Assembly: GCA_035292085.1 (NCBI GenBank)
Contig: DATDQT010000051.1
Location: 22,829 to 86,828, forward strand
Reading direction: 5' to 3'
DNA from: a bacterium
GTDB lineage: Bacteria > Sysuimicrobiota > Sysuimicrobiia > Sysuimicrobiales > Kaftiobacteriaceae
DNA: 64,000 bases
Part shown: one piece after another, positions 1 to 9,110 of the stretch
Position numbering within the stretch: the stretch's first letter is position 1
Layout: every line of letters starts with the position of its first letter
Notes under the pieces: generated by a model
The model's input: only the letters and a program-made list of their open reading frames with translations
Told to the model about the DNA's origin: nothing
The model's database searches: none
Made by a program: the position numbers and the translations under genes

Positions 1-13
1 TGTGCAGAACTCT

Positions 14-138
14 GTGGATAATCCCGGCCTATCCACCGCACGGCGCCCCGGGCGGCCCACCCTCATGACAGGGTGGGTGAGCACCACTCGTGTGAAAGTT
101 GTGGATAGCATGCGGGGTTTACGCGCAGGTTGTCCACA
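14..138. promoter_or_regulatory. Cluster of DnaA boxes (TGTGGATAA 14-22 perfect; TGTGGATAG 100-108 and TTGTCCACA 130-138, one mismatch each) in the rpmH-upstream / oriC-proximal region
   Basis: Exact and near-exact matches to TTATCCACA in both orientations directly upstream of rpmH, the canonical position of the dnaA-rpmH origin region. Confidence 0.7.
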
Positions 139-200
139 ACCCGTTTCCGGTTCCCGGATGCGGGTGCTATAGTGAAAACCGTCTCTGTTGGAGGTTTGCG

Positions 201-335
201 GTGAAGCGAACGTATCAGCCCAAAACACATCGACGCAAGAAGACGCATGGATTCCGCAGCCGGATGCGGACCCCCGGTGGCCGGACGGTGTTGAAGCGGC
301 GCAAGAACAAAGGCCGCCACCGGCTCACAGTTTGA
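201..335 (+). CDS. rpmH: 50S ribosomal protein L34
   Basis: Translation [44 protein letters not shown] is the near-invariant L34 sequence; GTG start. Confidence 0.95.
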   Translation: MKRTYQPKTHRRKKTHGFRSRMRTPGGRTVLKRRKNKGRHRLTV

Positions 336-667
336 CCGCCGGAACCCTGACCAGCGAGCAGGTGAAGGCGACCTTCCGCGAAGGCCTGCGCGGCGCGGGA
401 ACCCACGCGACCGTGGCCGTGCGCCCAAACGGCCTGCCCGCGCGCCGGATCAGCGTGACGGTCGGCCGCCGCTTTGGTAACGCCGTGCGGCGCAATCGGC
501 TCCGCCGGCGGTTGCGGGAAGCCATGCGGGAACTCGAGACCGAACTGCCGGCCGGCATCGACGTCGTCTGCACGCCGCGAAGCGGCGCGCTGGCGGCCCG
601 GTTTGCCGACCTCGTCGCCTCACTGCGGGCCGCGCTGTCCGAAGCCGGATCGCTGGCGCGCGGATGA
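332..667 (+). CDS. rnpA: Ribonuclease P protein component
   Basis: Basic protein with the RNase P protein signature ([15 protein letters not shown]) immediately after rpmH; start overlaps the rpmH stop (TTG 332, or GTG 362). Confidence 0.8.
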   Translation: MTAGTLTSEQVKATFREGLRGAGTHATVAVRPNGLPARRISVTVGRRFGNAVRRNRLRRRLREAMRELETELPAGIDVVCTPRSGALAARFADLVASLRAALSEAGSLARG

Positions 668-876
668 TGAGCCGCATCCTTGTCGCGCTCGTGCGCGGCT
701 ATCAGCGCTTCGTCTCCCCGTACACGCCGCCGACCTGTCGGTTCTCCCCGTCCTGCTCGGCGTATGCCGTCGAGGCGATTCAGCGGCACGGACCGTGGCG
801 CGGCGTGGTGCTGGCGACGCGGCGGCTGCTGCGCTGCCACCCGTTCCATCCTGGCGGGTATGATCCGGTACCCTGA
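664..876 (+). CDS. yidD: Membrane protein insertion efficiency factor YidD
   Basis: 70 aa protein with YidD motifs ([30 protein letters not shown]) between rnpA and yidC. Confidence 0.9.
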   Translation: MMSRILVALVRGYQRFVSPYTPPTCRFSPSCSAYAVEAIQRHGPWRGVVLATRRLLRCHPFHPGGYDPVP

Positions 877-891
877 GAGAGGAGCTCGAGA

Positions 892-1620
892 GTGATCAAC
901 GCGATTGCCAATGCGCTGCAGCAGGTGCTGCAGTTTTTCACAGGGGTCACGGGCAGCGCCGGCCTGGCAATCATCCTGCTCACGCTGGCCATCAAGCTCG
1001 TGTTGCACCCGCTCACGCGCAAACAACTGCGGTCGATGAAAGAGATGCAGGTCCTGGCCCCGCAGATCACCGTCTTGCGGGAACGGTACAAGGGCAACCC
1101 GCAGCAGATGAACGCCGAGGTCATGAACCTCTACCGGGCCCACGGGGTGAATCCGCTGAGCGGGTGCCTGCCGATGCTGGTCCAGCTGCCCGTGCTGTAC
1201 GGCCTGTTCGCCGTGCTGCGCCGCGAGCACATCTTCAACGGCGCGACGTTTCTCGGTCTGTCGCTGGAGGCGACGCCCACGTTCGGCGCGATCGCGGACA
1301 ATCCGGTGCTCGCGATCTACCCCATCCTCGTCGGGGTGACCACGTACCTGCAGCAGCGGATGTCCGTGACCGACCCCCAGCAGGCCCGGCTGTTCCTGTT
1401 CATGCCGGTGCTCGTCGCCTATTTTGCGACGCAGTTCCCGGTGGGGCTGTCCGTGTACTGGATCACGTCCACCCTGGCGTACATCCTGGAGTACTACATT
1501 GTCGTCGGCCGTCCGAGAACGGCGAAACCGCTGGCGGCGATGCTGCCCGGAGGCGGGGCACCCGCGCCCGCGGGGCCGGTGGTGCTGTCCCAGCGGCCGA
1601 AGGGCGCCAAGAAAAAGTGA
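892..1620 (+). CDS. yidC: Membrane protein insertase YidC/SpoIIIJ (short Gram-positive type)
   Basis: Multi-TM protein with the conserved YidC core (NPLSGCLPMLVQLPVLYGLF) and a C-terminal basic tail; conserved rnpA-yidC-jag synteny. Confidence 0.9.
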   Translation: MINAIANALQQVLQFFTGVTGSAGLAIILLTLAIKLVLHPLTRKQLRSMKEMQVLAPQITVLRERYKGNPQQMNAEVMNLYRAHGVNPLSGCLPMLVQLPVLYGLFAVLRREHIFNGATFLGLSLEATPTFGAIADNPVLAIYPILVGVTTYLQQRMSVTDPQQARLFLFMPVLVAYFATQFPVGLSVYWITSTLAYILEYYIVVGRPRTAKPLAAMLPGGGAPAPAGPVVLSQRPKGAKKK

Positions 1621-1634
1621 ACGAGAGAAATACC

Positions 1635-2300
1635 ATGAAACACGTTGAAGAGACGGGCAAGACCGTCGAGGACGCGACCGAGCGCGCGCTGAACGTCCTC
1701 GGCGCATCGCGCGAGGACGTCACCGTCGAGGTGCTGGATTCCGGCGCGCGGGGGATGCTCGGTCTGGGAGCGCGGGACGCCCGCGTGCGCGTCAGCCTCG
1801 TCGCCAGCGCGGCGGCCGTCGCCCATCACCTGGCGGAGCGGCTGCTGAGGCTGATGGGATTTTCCGCCAGCGTCTACGCCCGGGAGCATGATGGGATGGT
1901 CTCGCTGGAAATCCGCGGGCAGAACCTGGGCGCGCTGATCGGACACCGCGGCACCACCCTGGAGGCGCTCGAACTGCTGCTGGGGCTGATGGCCGGCCGC
2001 GGCACGGACGGGCCCCGCCCGCGCATCCTGGTCGACGTGGAAGGGTACCGCGACCGCCGACGGATGTCGCTGGAGGAGATGGCGCAGCGCGTCGCGGCCC
2101 GCGCGCTCCGCGAACGGCGGGAGATCCCCCTTGCCCCGATGGACCCCCGCGACCGCAGGACCATTCACACCGCGCTTGCCGACAACCCACAGGTGACGAC
2201 GTTCAGCCGCGGTGAGGGCCCTGACCGCCACGTCGTCGTCGCTCCGCGCAGCGCGATCCTGTACCCCACACACTCAGACCACCCGCCCGTTGGGGAATGA
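1635..2300 (+). CDS. jag: Jag/KhpB RNA-binding protein (KH + R3H domains)
   Basis: ATG at 1635 with RBS; Jag N-terminal domain, then KH and R3H-like (GHRGTTLEALE...) regions; the upstream in-frame extension is judged spurious. Confidence 0.85.
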   Translation: MKHVEETGKTVEDATERALNVLGASREDVTVEVLDSGARGMLGLGARDARVRVSLVASAAAVAHHLAERLLRLMGFSASVYAREHDGMVSLEIRGQNLGALIGHRGTTLEALELLLGLMAGRGTDGPRPRILVDVEGYRDRRRMSLEEMAQRVAARALRERREIPLAPMDPRDRRTIHTALADNPQVTTFSRGEGPDRHVVVAPRSAILYPTHSDHPPVGE

Positions 2301-3000
2301 GCGCCTGGCCGCCCTCCTCGCCGCGGAAGCGCGCGAGATCGGCGTCGTTCTGACCGCGGCTCAGATCGCCGCGTTTCTCCGATATCGCGCGCTGATAGCC
2401 CGGTGGAATTCGCGGGCCCGTCTCACGGCGCTTGCGGATCCGGTCGAAGTGATCCGGCTGCACTTTGTGGATTCACTGCTATGTCTGATCGCGGCTCCGC
2501 TCGCATCGGCGGTGACCCTGATCGACGTCGGCAGCGGCGCGGGCCTTCCGGGCATCCCTCTGGCGATCGCGCGCCCCCACTTCCGCGTCACGCTGCTGGA
2601 GCCGGCGGCGCGGAAGGCGGCGTTCCTGGAACGGGCGGTCGCTGAGCTGGGTCTCCCCTGTGCGGTTGTCGCAGAACGCGCGGAAGTCGCGGGGCGCGCA
2701 CCGCAGCTGCGCGAGCAGTTCGATGCCGCCGTTGCCAGGGCGGTCGCGCCGCTGGCCACCCTCGTGGAGTGGACGCTGCCGTTCGTGCGGGTCGGCGGGT
2801 CGGCCGTTCTGTTAAAGGGGCCGGCCGTCGACACCGAGATGACCCGTGCAGCCCAGACTGCCCCTTCCCTCGGCGGCGGGACGCCCGCGCTCCTCCGCGC
2901 GCGTCTTGCCGGTGGGCAGCGTCGAGCTGTCGTGGTGATCCCAAAGCGGTCTCCAACCCCGCCGATCTATCCCCGTCAAGGTTCCCGCCGCTGCGGGTAA
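2290..3000 (+). CDS. rsmG: 16S rRNA (guanine527-N7)-methyltransferase RsmG/GidB
   Basis: SAM motif IDVGSGAGLPGIPLAI and overall GidB similarity; position after jag; TTG start 2290 chosen, overlapping the jag stop. Confidence 0.8.
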   Translation: MGNERLAALLAAEAREIGVVLTAAQIAAFLRYRALIARWNSRARLTALADPVEVIRLHFVDSLLCLIAAPLASAVTLIDVGSGAGLPGIPLAIARPHFRVTLLEPAARKAAFLERAVAELGLPCAVVAERAEVAGRAPQLREQFDAAVARAVAPLATLVEWTLPFVRVGGSAVLLKGPAVDTEMTRAAQTAPSLGGGTPALLRARLAGGQRRAVVVIPKRSPTPPIYPRQGSRRCG

Positions 3001-3111
3001 CGTGGGGGAATTCATGCCAAGGGGTCAGACCCCGCAGTCTGGGCTACCTCCCGACACGGGAGATCCCTCCAGAGGATAGCCACCCATAGTACCGAAAGAG
3101 AGTTTGGGTAC

Positions 3112-3894
3112 ATGGGCATGGTTGTCGCGGTTGCGAACCAGAAAGGCGGTGTCGGAAAGACGACGACCGCGGTCAACCTGGCTGCCGCGATGGCCCTTGA
3201 TGGTCGGCGCGTGCTCCTCATCGACCTCGATCCGCAGGCGCACGCTACGAGCGGGACGGGAATTCATCGAACAGATGTGCGTGAGTCTGTCTACGATGTA
3301 CTGATCAATGGTCTCTCGGCCTCCGCCGTCATTCTTCCCACCGCCATTTCAGGCCTCGACATCATCCCGTCAGCGATTGATCTTGCCGGAGGAGAGGTCG
3401 AACTCGTTGGCCTGCCCTCGCGCGAGCTGCGGCTCAGGCAGGCGACTGAGCCGATCAGGGGTGCCTACGAGGTGGTCCTGATCGACTGCCCTCCATCTCT
3501 CGGACTGTTGACGATCAACGCGCTGGCCTCGGCCGACAGTGTTCTGATCCCGATCCAGTGCGAGTACTACGCGCTGGAAGGACTCGCCCGCCTGGTCGAG
3601 TCGATTGACCTCATCCGCGCCCAGCTCAACCCCGGGCTGCAGATCGGGGGCATCTTGCTCACGATGTTCGATCCGAGGACAAATCTCTCAGCGCAGGTTG
3701 CCGCCGAGGTGAGGGCGCATTTCGGTGAGAAGGTATTCCAGACGCTCATTCCGCGGAGCGTGAGACTCGCGGAAGCCCCGAGTTACGGCCGGCCAGTCAT
3801 CACGTACGATCCGACGTCACGGGGGGCAGCGGCGTACGTCGCGCTCGCCAGGGAGGTCATGGGACGTGTCGGACAACCAACCGCAGTGGAATGA
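3112..3894 (+). CDS. parA: Chromosome partitioning ATPase ParA/Soj
   Basis: Deviant Walker A (KGGVGKTT) and a ParA-typical sequence throughout. Confidence 0.95.
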   Translation: MGMVVAVANQKGGVGKTTTAVNLAAAMALDGRRVLLIDLDPQAHATSGTGIHRTDVRESVYDVLINGLSASAVILPTAISGLDIIPSAIDLAGGEVELVGLPSRELRLRQATEPIRGAYEVVLIDCPPSLGLLTINALASADSVLIPIQCEYYALEGLARLVESIDLIRAQLNPGLQIGGILLTMFDPRTNLSAQVAAEVRAHFGEKVFQTLIPRSVRLAEAPSYGRPVITYDPTSRGAAAYVALAREVMGRVGQPTAVE

Positions 3895-4735
3895 TCCCAG
3901 AAAACGGCGGGGAGGGCTCGGGCGCGGATTGGGAGCCCTAATTCCCGCGGCCGCTCCGGTCGATGAGCATCCTTCAGAAGTTCCGATCGGGAGGCTCACG
4001 GCGAATCCTCTCCAGCCCAGGCAGGCCATCGACCCACAGGAACTGGAAGGGCTAACCGAATCCATTCGCCGGCACGGGGTGCTCCAACCCATCGTCGTGA
4101 GGCCATCGGGGGACGGGCTTCAGGTGGTGGCCGGCGAGCGCCGGTGGAGAGCCGCGCAGGCAGTCGGGCTGGAAACGGTCCCCGCAATCATCCGATCACT
4201 CACCGACCAGGAGGCGCTCGAGCTCGCCCTGGTCGAGAACCTGCAGCGGGAAGACCTGAACCCCGTTGAGCGCGCCAGGGCCTACCGTCGCCTGGTCGAC
4301 GATTTCGGCCTGACACAGGAACAGGTGGCGGAGCGGGTCGGGAAAAGTCAGCCGTCTGTGGCCAACGCCCTGCGTTTGCTCGGCCTCCCATCCCAGATTC
4401 TGGCCAGCCTGGAGGCGGGGAGGCTCTCTGAGGGGCATGCCAAGGCACTGCTTGCGGTTGCGGATGAGAAGGCCAGGCTGAAGCTGTGGGAGAGGGTCGA
4501 GCGTCGGGGGCTTTCGGTGAGGGAGACCGAGACGCTCGTCAGGGCAAGTATTCCACGTGGAATAGCCGCACCGGCGCGCCGTGATCTGGAGTTGGATTCC
4601 ATCTCCACTGACCTGTCAAGAATCCTTGGAACAAAGGTGACTATCGAAGGCAGCAGGAACCGTGGATCGGTGCGAATTCACTACTTTTCTGAGGAGGATT
4701 TGCAGAGAGTGATAGATAATATCAATAACAGGTAA
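3866..4735 (+). CDS. parB: Chromosome partitioning protein ParB/Spo0J
   Basis: ParB N-terminal GERRWRAA box, HTH and C-terminal dimerisation region; GTG start overlaps the parA end. Confidence 0.9.
   Translation: MSDNQPQWNDPRKRRGGLGRGLGALIPAAAPVDEHPSEVPIGRLTANPLQPRQAIDPQELEGLTESIRRHGVLQPIVVRPSGDGLQVVAGERRWRAAQAVGLETVPAIIRSLTDQEALELALVENLQREDLNPVERARAYRRLVDDFGLTQEQVAERVGKSQPSVANALRLLGLPSQILASLEAGRLSEGHAKALLAVADEKARLKLWERVERRGLSVRETETLVRASIPRGIAAPARRDLELDSISTDLSRILGTKVTIEGSRNRGSVRIHYFSEEDLQRVIDNINNR
4549..4564. promoter_or_regulatory. parS-like 16-bp perfect palindrome TATTCCACGTGGAATA inside parB
   Basis: Perfect palindrome differing from the B. subtilis parS TGTTCCACGTGAAACA at four positions (symmetric); parS sites commonly lie inside parB. 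Confidence 0.6.
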
Positions 4736-4775
4736 ATACAGATTCTATAAACGTGTAATCAAGACTTACTCTGAC

Positions 4776-5021
4776 ATGCCAGAGATACCGAAAGATCGTG
4801 TCATAGGCGTCCGCGTGGACCGGGCTACTCTCAGGGCCATCGACTTGCTGGTGGATGCCGGTGTGTCGGAAACACGCAGCGCCGCCGCGGCTTGGCTGAT
4901 CCGTGCCGGCATCGAAGCCCGAAGGGACCTCTTCGGTCAACTCACAGCGACCGCCGAACAGATCCGCGACCTCAGGGTGAGAGCGCAGTCCATCACCCGC
5001 GACCTGCTCAAGGGCGAGTAG
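4776..5021 (+). CDS. Ribbon-helix-helix (CopG/Arc/MetJ-like) DNA-binding protein
   Basis: 81 aa; N-terminal beta-strand (RVIGVRVDRATLRAIDLL) followed by two helices typical of RHH; preceded by a ~40-bp AT-rich stretch (4736-4775). Confidence 0.55.
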   Translation: MPEIPKDRVIGVRVDRATLRAIDLLVDAGVSETRSAAAAWLIRAGIEARRDLFGQLTATAEQIRDLRVRAQSITRDLLKGE

Positions 5022-5155
5022 CCATCGTGGATCGCGAGGCATTGATCCGGATGTGACCGAGGCATGGGCTGAGGGGCAGATCATGTACGTGCGCGCGCTG
5101 CAGGGGTTCCCCCCGCTGGAATAGCGGTCGACGGAGGGCCGTTCGGCCTGGATAG

Positions 5156-6238
5156 ATGGGACCGGTTGCGTTCGCCGGCGCGCTGTTGATTCTCTTCGTC
5201 CTCCTGGATGCGTTTGAGGCCGTGGTCCTCCCTCGCCGCGTGACACGCAGCATCCGTCTCGCCGTCATTCATTTCCGATCGCTCTGGGCAATCTGGGCGT
5301 GGGGATCGAAGCTCATCGCCCACCCAAGCCGGCGCGAGAGTTACCTCAGTCTGTATGCACCGCTGGCGCTGATGTTGCTCCTGGCCACGTGGGCGGCCGG
5401 CTTGATCCTGGGATTCGGCATGATGCATTGGGGCTTGGGCGCGCATCTGTCCGGTCCCCAGCCGGGCCCGGGCTTTCTGACGGCGTTGTATTTCAGCGGC
5501 ACCACGCTCTTCACGTTGGGGTTGGGCGACATCTCTCCGACGACCGGGGCAGGGCGGTTCCTGACCGTGATCGAGGCGGGGCTGGGGTTTGCGCTGCTCG
5601 CGCTGGCTGTCGGCTACCTCCCGGTCTTCTACCAGGCGTTCGCCCGCCGGGAGGCAGAAGTCTCGATGCTCGATGAATGGGCCGGGTCGCCGCCGACGGC
5701 GGGGACGCTGCTCAGCCGCCTTGGACAGTGGCATGATCTTGGCGCCATCAGCGGCTTTCTATCTCGCTGGGAGCGGTGGGCCGCCGACATGATGGAGAGC
5801 CACATCTCATACCCGATCCTGGCGGGGTACCGCTCGCAGCACGGCAATCAGTCCTGGCTGGCGGGCTTGACGGCGATCCTCGATACTTGCGCGCTGGTGC
5901 TTGTCGGCATCGACGGTGTCGCGCAGCGTGAGGCCTGGCTGACCTTTGCGATCGCCCGCCATGCGTTGGTCGATCTGTGCCAGGTGCTGAACACCCCACC
6001 GATCACCCAGGCCGTCGACCGGCTCCCTCCCGCCGACCTCGCACGGCTGCGGGAAATGCTGGCTCAATCCGGCGTCCGCGTGCGCAGCGGCCCTGATGCC
6101 GACGCGAAACTGGCGGAGCTGCGGCGGATGTACGAGCCGTACGCGAATGCGCTGTCGCGGCGCCTGCTCATGTCGCTGCCGCCGTGGATGGCGCCGGCGG
6201 CGGCAAAGGACAACTGGGTGAAGAGCGCATGGCTGTAG
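5156..6238 (+). CDS. Ion-channel family membrane protein (two-TM K+-channel-like pore, TLGLGD filter) with C-terminal cytoplasmic domain
   Basis: TM-pore helix-TLFTLGLGDISP-TM architecture resembling the K+ channel selectivity filter (TxGxGD); ~200 aa C-terminal domain of unknown function. Confidence 0.6.
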   Translation: MGPVAFAGALLILFVLLDAFEAVVLPRRVTRSIRLAVIHFRSLWAIWAWGSKLIAHPSRRESYLSLYAPLALMLLLATWAAGLILGFGMMHWGLGAHLSGPQPGPGFLTALYFSGTTLFTLGLGDISPTTGAGRFLTVIEAGLGFALLALAVGYLPVFYQAFARREAEVSMLDEWAGSPPTAGTLLSRLGQWHDLGAISGFLSRWERWAADMMESHISYPILAGYRSQHGNQSWLAGLTAILDTCALVLVGIDGVAQREAWLTFAIARHALVDLCQVLNTPPITQAVDRLPPADLARLREMLAQSGVRVRSGPDADAKLAELRRMYEPYANALSRRLLMSLPPWMAPAAAKDNWVKSAWL

Positions 6239-6852
6239 ACGGCCTGCGTGTGCTGATCGCCGCCGCCGATCCGCTGGCGCGGGCAGGCCTGCGCGCGCTG
6301 GTGTCGGCGGAACCGGGATTCGAAGTCGTGGCCGACATGGGCATCGACGTCGACGAGACCGCCGTGCCGACCGCGTCCGCGCCGGACGTCCTCCTCGCCG
6401 ATATGGGTGAGGGGGAACTCGCTGATGTCCTGTCAACGCTGGCGTCCACAGACCTCCCCGTCCTCGCCCTGGTTCCGCACTCCTCGGCGGGTCGGGCGGC
6501 GTTGGGCGCCGGCGCGCGCGGTGCGCTGGTGCGGACGGCCGACGGTGCGCGCATCGCCGCCGCCTTGCGCGCCGTCGCCGCAGGACTGCAGGTGAGCGAA
6601 CCCGTACAGCGCGTGCTCGACGACCCATTGGACCACGCGGTGGAGCATCCGGTCGAAGAGATGACGCCCCGCGAAAACGAGGTGCTGCAATTACTGGCGG
6701 CGGGGCTCTCGAACAAAGCGATCGCGCACCGCCTGCGGATCAGCGAGCATACGGTCAAGTTTCACGTCACGGCGATCATGGGCAAGCTCGGGACGCACAG
6801 CCGCACCGAAACCGTCACCCGCGCCGCGCGCGCGGGGCTGATCGTCCTCTAA
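6229..6852 (+). CDS. LuxR/NarL-family response regulator (atypical receiver + LuxR HTH), orphan
   Basis: C-terminal LuxR HTH (EMTPRENEVLQLLAAGLSNKAIAHRLRISEHTVKFHV); N-terminal receiver-like fold with degenerate acidic pocket; no adjacent histidine kinase. Confidence 0.75.
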   Translation: MAVDGLRVLIAAADPLARAGLRALVSAEPGFEVVADMGIDVDETAVPTASAPDVLLADMGEGELADVLSTLASTDLPVLALVPHSSAGRAALGAGARGALVRTADGARIAAALRAVAAGLQVSEPVQRVLDDPLDHAVEHPVEEMTPRENEVLQLLAAGLSNKAIAHRLRISEHTVKFHVTAIMGKLGTHSRTETVTRAARAGLIVL

Positions 6853-6955
6853 CCCATCCCCCGTTTTCCCGGTGTGTGACCTGCCTGAACGGGTGATGCC
6901 CTCGACTGTTCCGATGCGGCATCCTGGAGTCAACGCGTAGTCAGGGAGAATCATC

Positions 6956-7849
6956 ATGGCCACACTAACGGATCTGTCCGAAGATCTCTCCAGGGTCGTC
7001 GCCGAGCGGGCTCCCTCGGTGGTGCGGGTAGACGCACGGCACCGGATGCCGTCCAGCGGGATCGTCTGGTCTGCCGACGGCGTCGTCGTCACCGCCGACC
7101 ATGCGGTCGAGCGGGACGACGAGATACAGATCGGGTTGCCCACCGGCGAGGCGGTGAGCGCGGCGCTGGTGGGCCGCGATCCTTCAACCGACGTAGCCGT
7201 GCTGCGCGCGCACACGCACGGGTTGACTCGGGCCGCGTGGTCGGATGCCGCATCGGCCAAGGTCGGCAGCCTCGTACTCGCGTTGGGCCGTCCGGGCAAG
7301 ACCATCCGCGCGCGCCTGGGGATCCTCAGTGCGCTCGGTGATGCGTGGCGGGCACCCGCCGGCGGCGAGTTTGACCGGTACCTTGAGACGGATGTGGGTA
7401 TGGCATTTGGATTCTCCGGCGGGCTGCTGCTGGATGCGTCGGGCGGCGCGCTGGGCATGAACACCGCCGGGCTGCTCCGGCGCACGGCCCTGGCCGTGCC
7501 CGCGGCCACGCTGCGCCGGGTCGTCGAGACGCTGCTCGCGCATGGACGCATCCGCCGCGGGTACCTGGGCATCGGCGCCCACCCCGTCCGCCTGCCCGAT
7601 GCGCTCCGCGATCAACTGGGGCAGCGTACGGGTTTGATCGTGATTTCGGTAGAACCGGGCAGTCCCGCCGATGGAGCCGGCATCACACTCGGCGACGTCC
7701 TGGTTTCCGTCGGCGGCGTGCCGGTCCGCCAGCTGGAGGAAGTGCTCTCCCAGTTGGGACCCGACGCAATCGGGAAGCCGCTGCCGGTGGGTTTTCTCCG
7801 CGGCGGCGACATCAAGGAACTCAGCGTCACGGTGACAGAGCGAACTTAG
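6956..7849 (+). CDS. htrA: HtrA/DegP-family trypsin-like serine protease with PDZ domain
   Basis: Catalytic His (TADHAV), Asp and Ser (GFSGGLLLD) motifs plus a C-terminal PDZ-like segment. Confidence 0.85.
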   Translation: MATLTDLSEDLSRVVAERAPSVVRVDARHRMPSSGIVWSADGVVVTADHAVERDDEIQIGLPTGEAVSAALVGRDPSTDVAVLRAHTHGLTRAAWSDAASAKVGSLVLALGRPGKTIRARLGILSALGDAWRAPAGGEFDRYLETDVGMAFGFSGGLLLDASGGALGMNTAGLLRRTALAVPAATLRRVVETLLAHGRIRRGYLGIGAHPVRLPDALRDQLGQRTGLIVISVEPGSPADGAGITLGDVLVSVGGVPVRQLEEVLSQLGPDAIGKPLPVGFLRGGDIKELSVTVTERT

Positions 7850-7901
7850 TCCCCGGCCCCGCTCGATAGGGAACGGGACTCATCCGCGGGAACACAGTCG
7901 T

Positions 7902-8456
7902 ATGACCCGCGATGAGGCCTGGGCCCTCGTGTGCGAGTGGATCCACAACGACAATCTTCGCAAGCACGTGCTCGCCGTAGAGGCGGCCATGCGGGCCTAT
8001 GCCGGGAAATTCGGCGGCGACGCCGATGAGTGGGGCGCCGTGGGCCTGCTCCACGATCTTGACTACGAGCGCCACCCCTCACAGGACGCCGGCCACCCGT
8101 TCGTCGGCGTCGAGGAACTGCGCCGGCGCGGCGTGCCGGCGTACTGGACGCGGGCGATCCTCTCGCACGCCGACTACTCCGGCGTCCCCCGCACCTCACC
8201 GATGGAGCACAGCCTCTACGCCGTCGACGAGCTCGTCGGCCTGATCACGGCCACCGCGCTCGTGCGGCCGGGCCGGTCTCTCGCCGAAGTTGACGTGCCC
8301 GCGGTGCGCAGGAAGATGAAAGACAAGGCCTTCGCGCGGGGCGTGAACCGCGAAGACGTCGTCCGTGGCGCGGATGAGGTGGGCGTGCCGCTCGAGGAGC
8401 ACATCGGCACCGTCATCGCCGCGCTTCAGCGCATCGCGCCGCACCTCGGGTTGTAA
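7902..8456 (+). CDS. HD-domain (HDIG) phosphohydrolase
   Basis: HD motif (LLHDLDYE) and His/Asp metal ligands; ~184 aa single-domain. Confidence 0.7.
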   Translation: MTRDEAWALVCEWIHNDNLRKHVLAVEAAMRAYAGKFGGDADEWGAVGLLHDLDYERHPSQDAGHPFVGVEELRRRGVPAYWTRAILSHADYSGVPRTSPMEHSLYAVDELVGLITATALVRPGRSLAEVDVPAVRRKMKDKAFARGVNREDVVRGADEVGVPLEEHIGTVIAALQRIAPHLGL

Positions 8457-8462
8457 ACGGCC

Positions 8463-9110
8463 GTGATCTTCCACGACCGCCGCGATGCAGGGGAACAACT
8501 GACGGCGGCCCTGCAGGCCTACCGCGGCCGGCGGCCGTATGTGCTGGCGATTCCCCGCGGCGGCGTCGTCGTGGGCTACGAAGTCGCCCGCGGACTCGAG
8601 GCGCCGTTGGACGTTGTGGTCCCCCGCAAGCTGCGCGCTCCCCATAATCCCGAACTCGCGGTGGGGGCGGTGGCTCATGACGGCAGCGTCTATCTGGACG
8701 ATCCGCTCGTGGCGAGCCTGGGTGTCGACGAGGCCTACCTGCGCCGCGAGACTGAGACGCAGCTGGACGAGATCCGCCGCCGGATGGTTGCCTACCGGGG
8801 CGAGCGCCCCGCCCCCAGCTTGGCGGGGCGAGCCGCCATCGTGGTCGATGACGGGCTGGCCACCGGCTCGACCATGATTGCCGGACTCCGCGCCGTCCGG
8901 GGGATGTCGCCGGAGGTCCTCGTCGCCGCGATCCCGGTCGCGCCGGCGGATACAGGCGCCCGGCTGCGGGGGGAAGCCGATGAGGTCATCAGCCTCCATA
9001 CCCCGACGCTCTTCTACGCCGTCGGGCAGTTCTACGTCAATTTTGATCAGGTCGACGATGAGGAAGTCGTCGCGTTGCTGCGGCGGCGGGAACGCGAATT
9101 GACGGAATGA
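8463..9110 (+). CDS. Phosphoribosyltransferase-fold protein (type I PRTase)
   Basis: PRPP-binding loop (IVVDDGLATGSTM); stop overlaps the gcvT start. Confidence 0.75.
   Translation: MIFHDRRDAGEQLTAALQAYRGRRPYVLAIPRGGVVVGYEVARGLEAPLDVVVPRKLRAPHNPELAVGAVAHDGSVYLDDPLVASLGVDEAYLRRETETQLDEIRRRMVAYRGERPAPSLAGRAAIVVDDGLATGSTMIAGLRAVRGMSPEVLVAAIPVAPADTGARLRGEADEVISLHTPTLFYAVGQFYVNFDQVDDEEVVALLRRRERELTE

Noticed and set aside
1164-1634. Upstream extension of the jag ORF (378 aa)
   Set aside because: The extension overlaps yidC in another frame and is low complexity; jag begins at ATG 1635 with MKHVEETGKTVEDA.
325-1707. 460-aa minus-strand ORF antisense to rnpA/yidD/yidC
   Set aside because: Arg/Pro/Gly-rich low-complexity translation typical of high-GC antisense frames; the sense strand encodes conserved proteins.
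7955-7975. AGCACGTGCT palindrome inside the HD-domain gene as a possible second parS
   Set aside because: Has the CACGTG core but lacks the TTCCAC/GTGGAA arms of parS.
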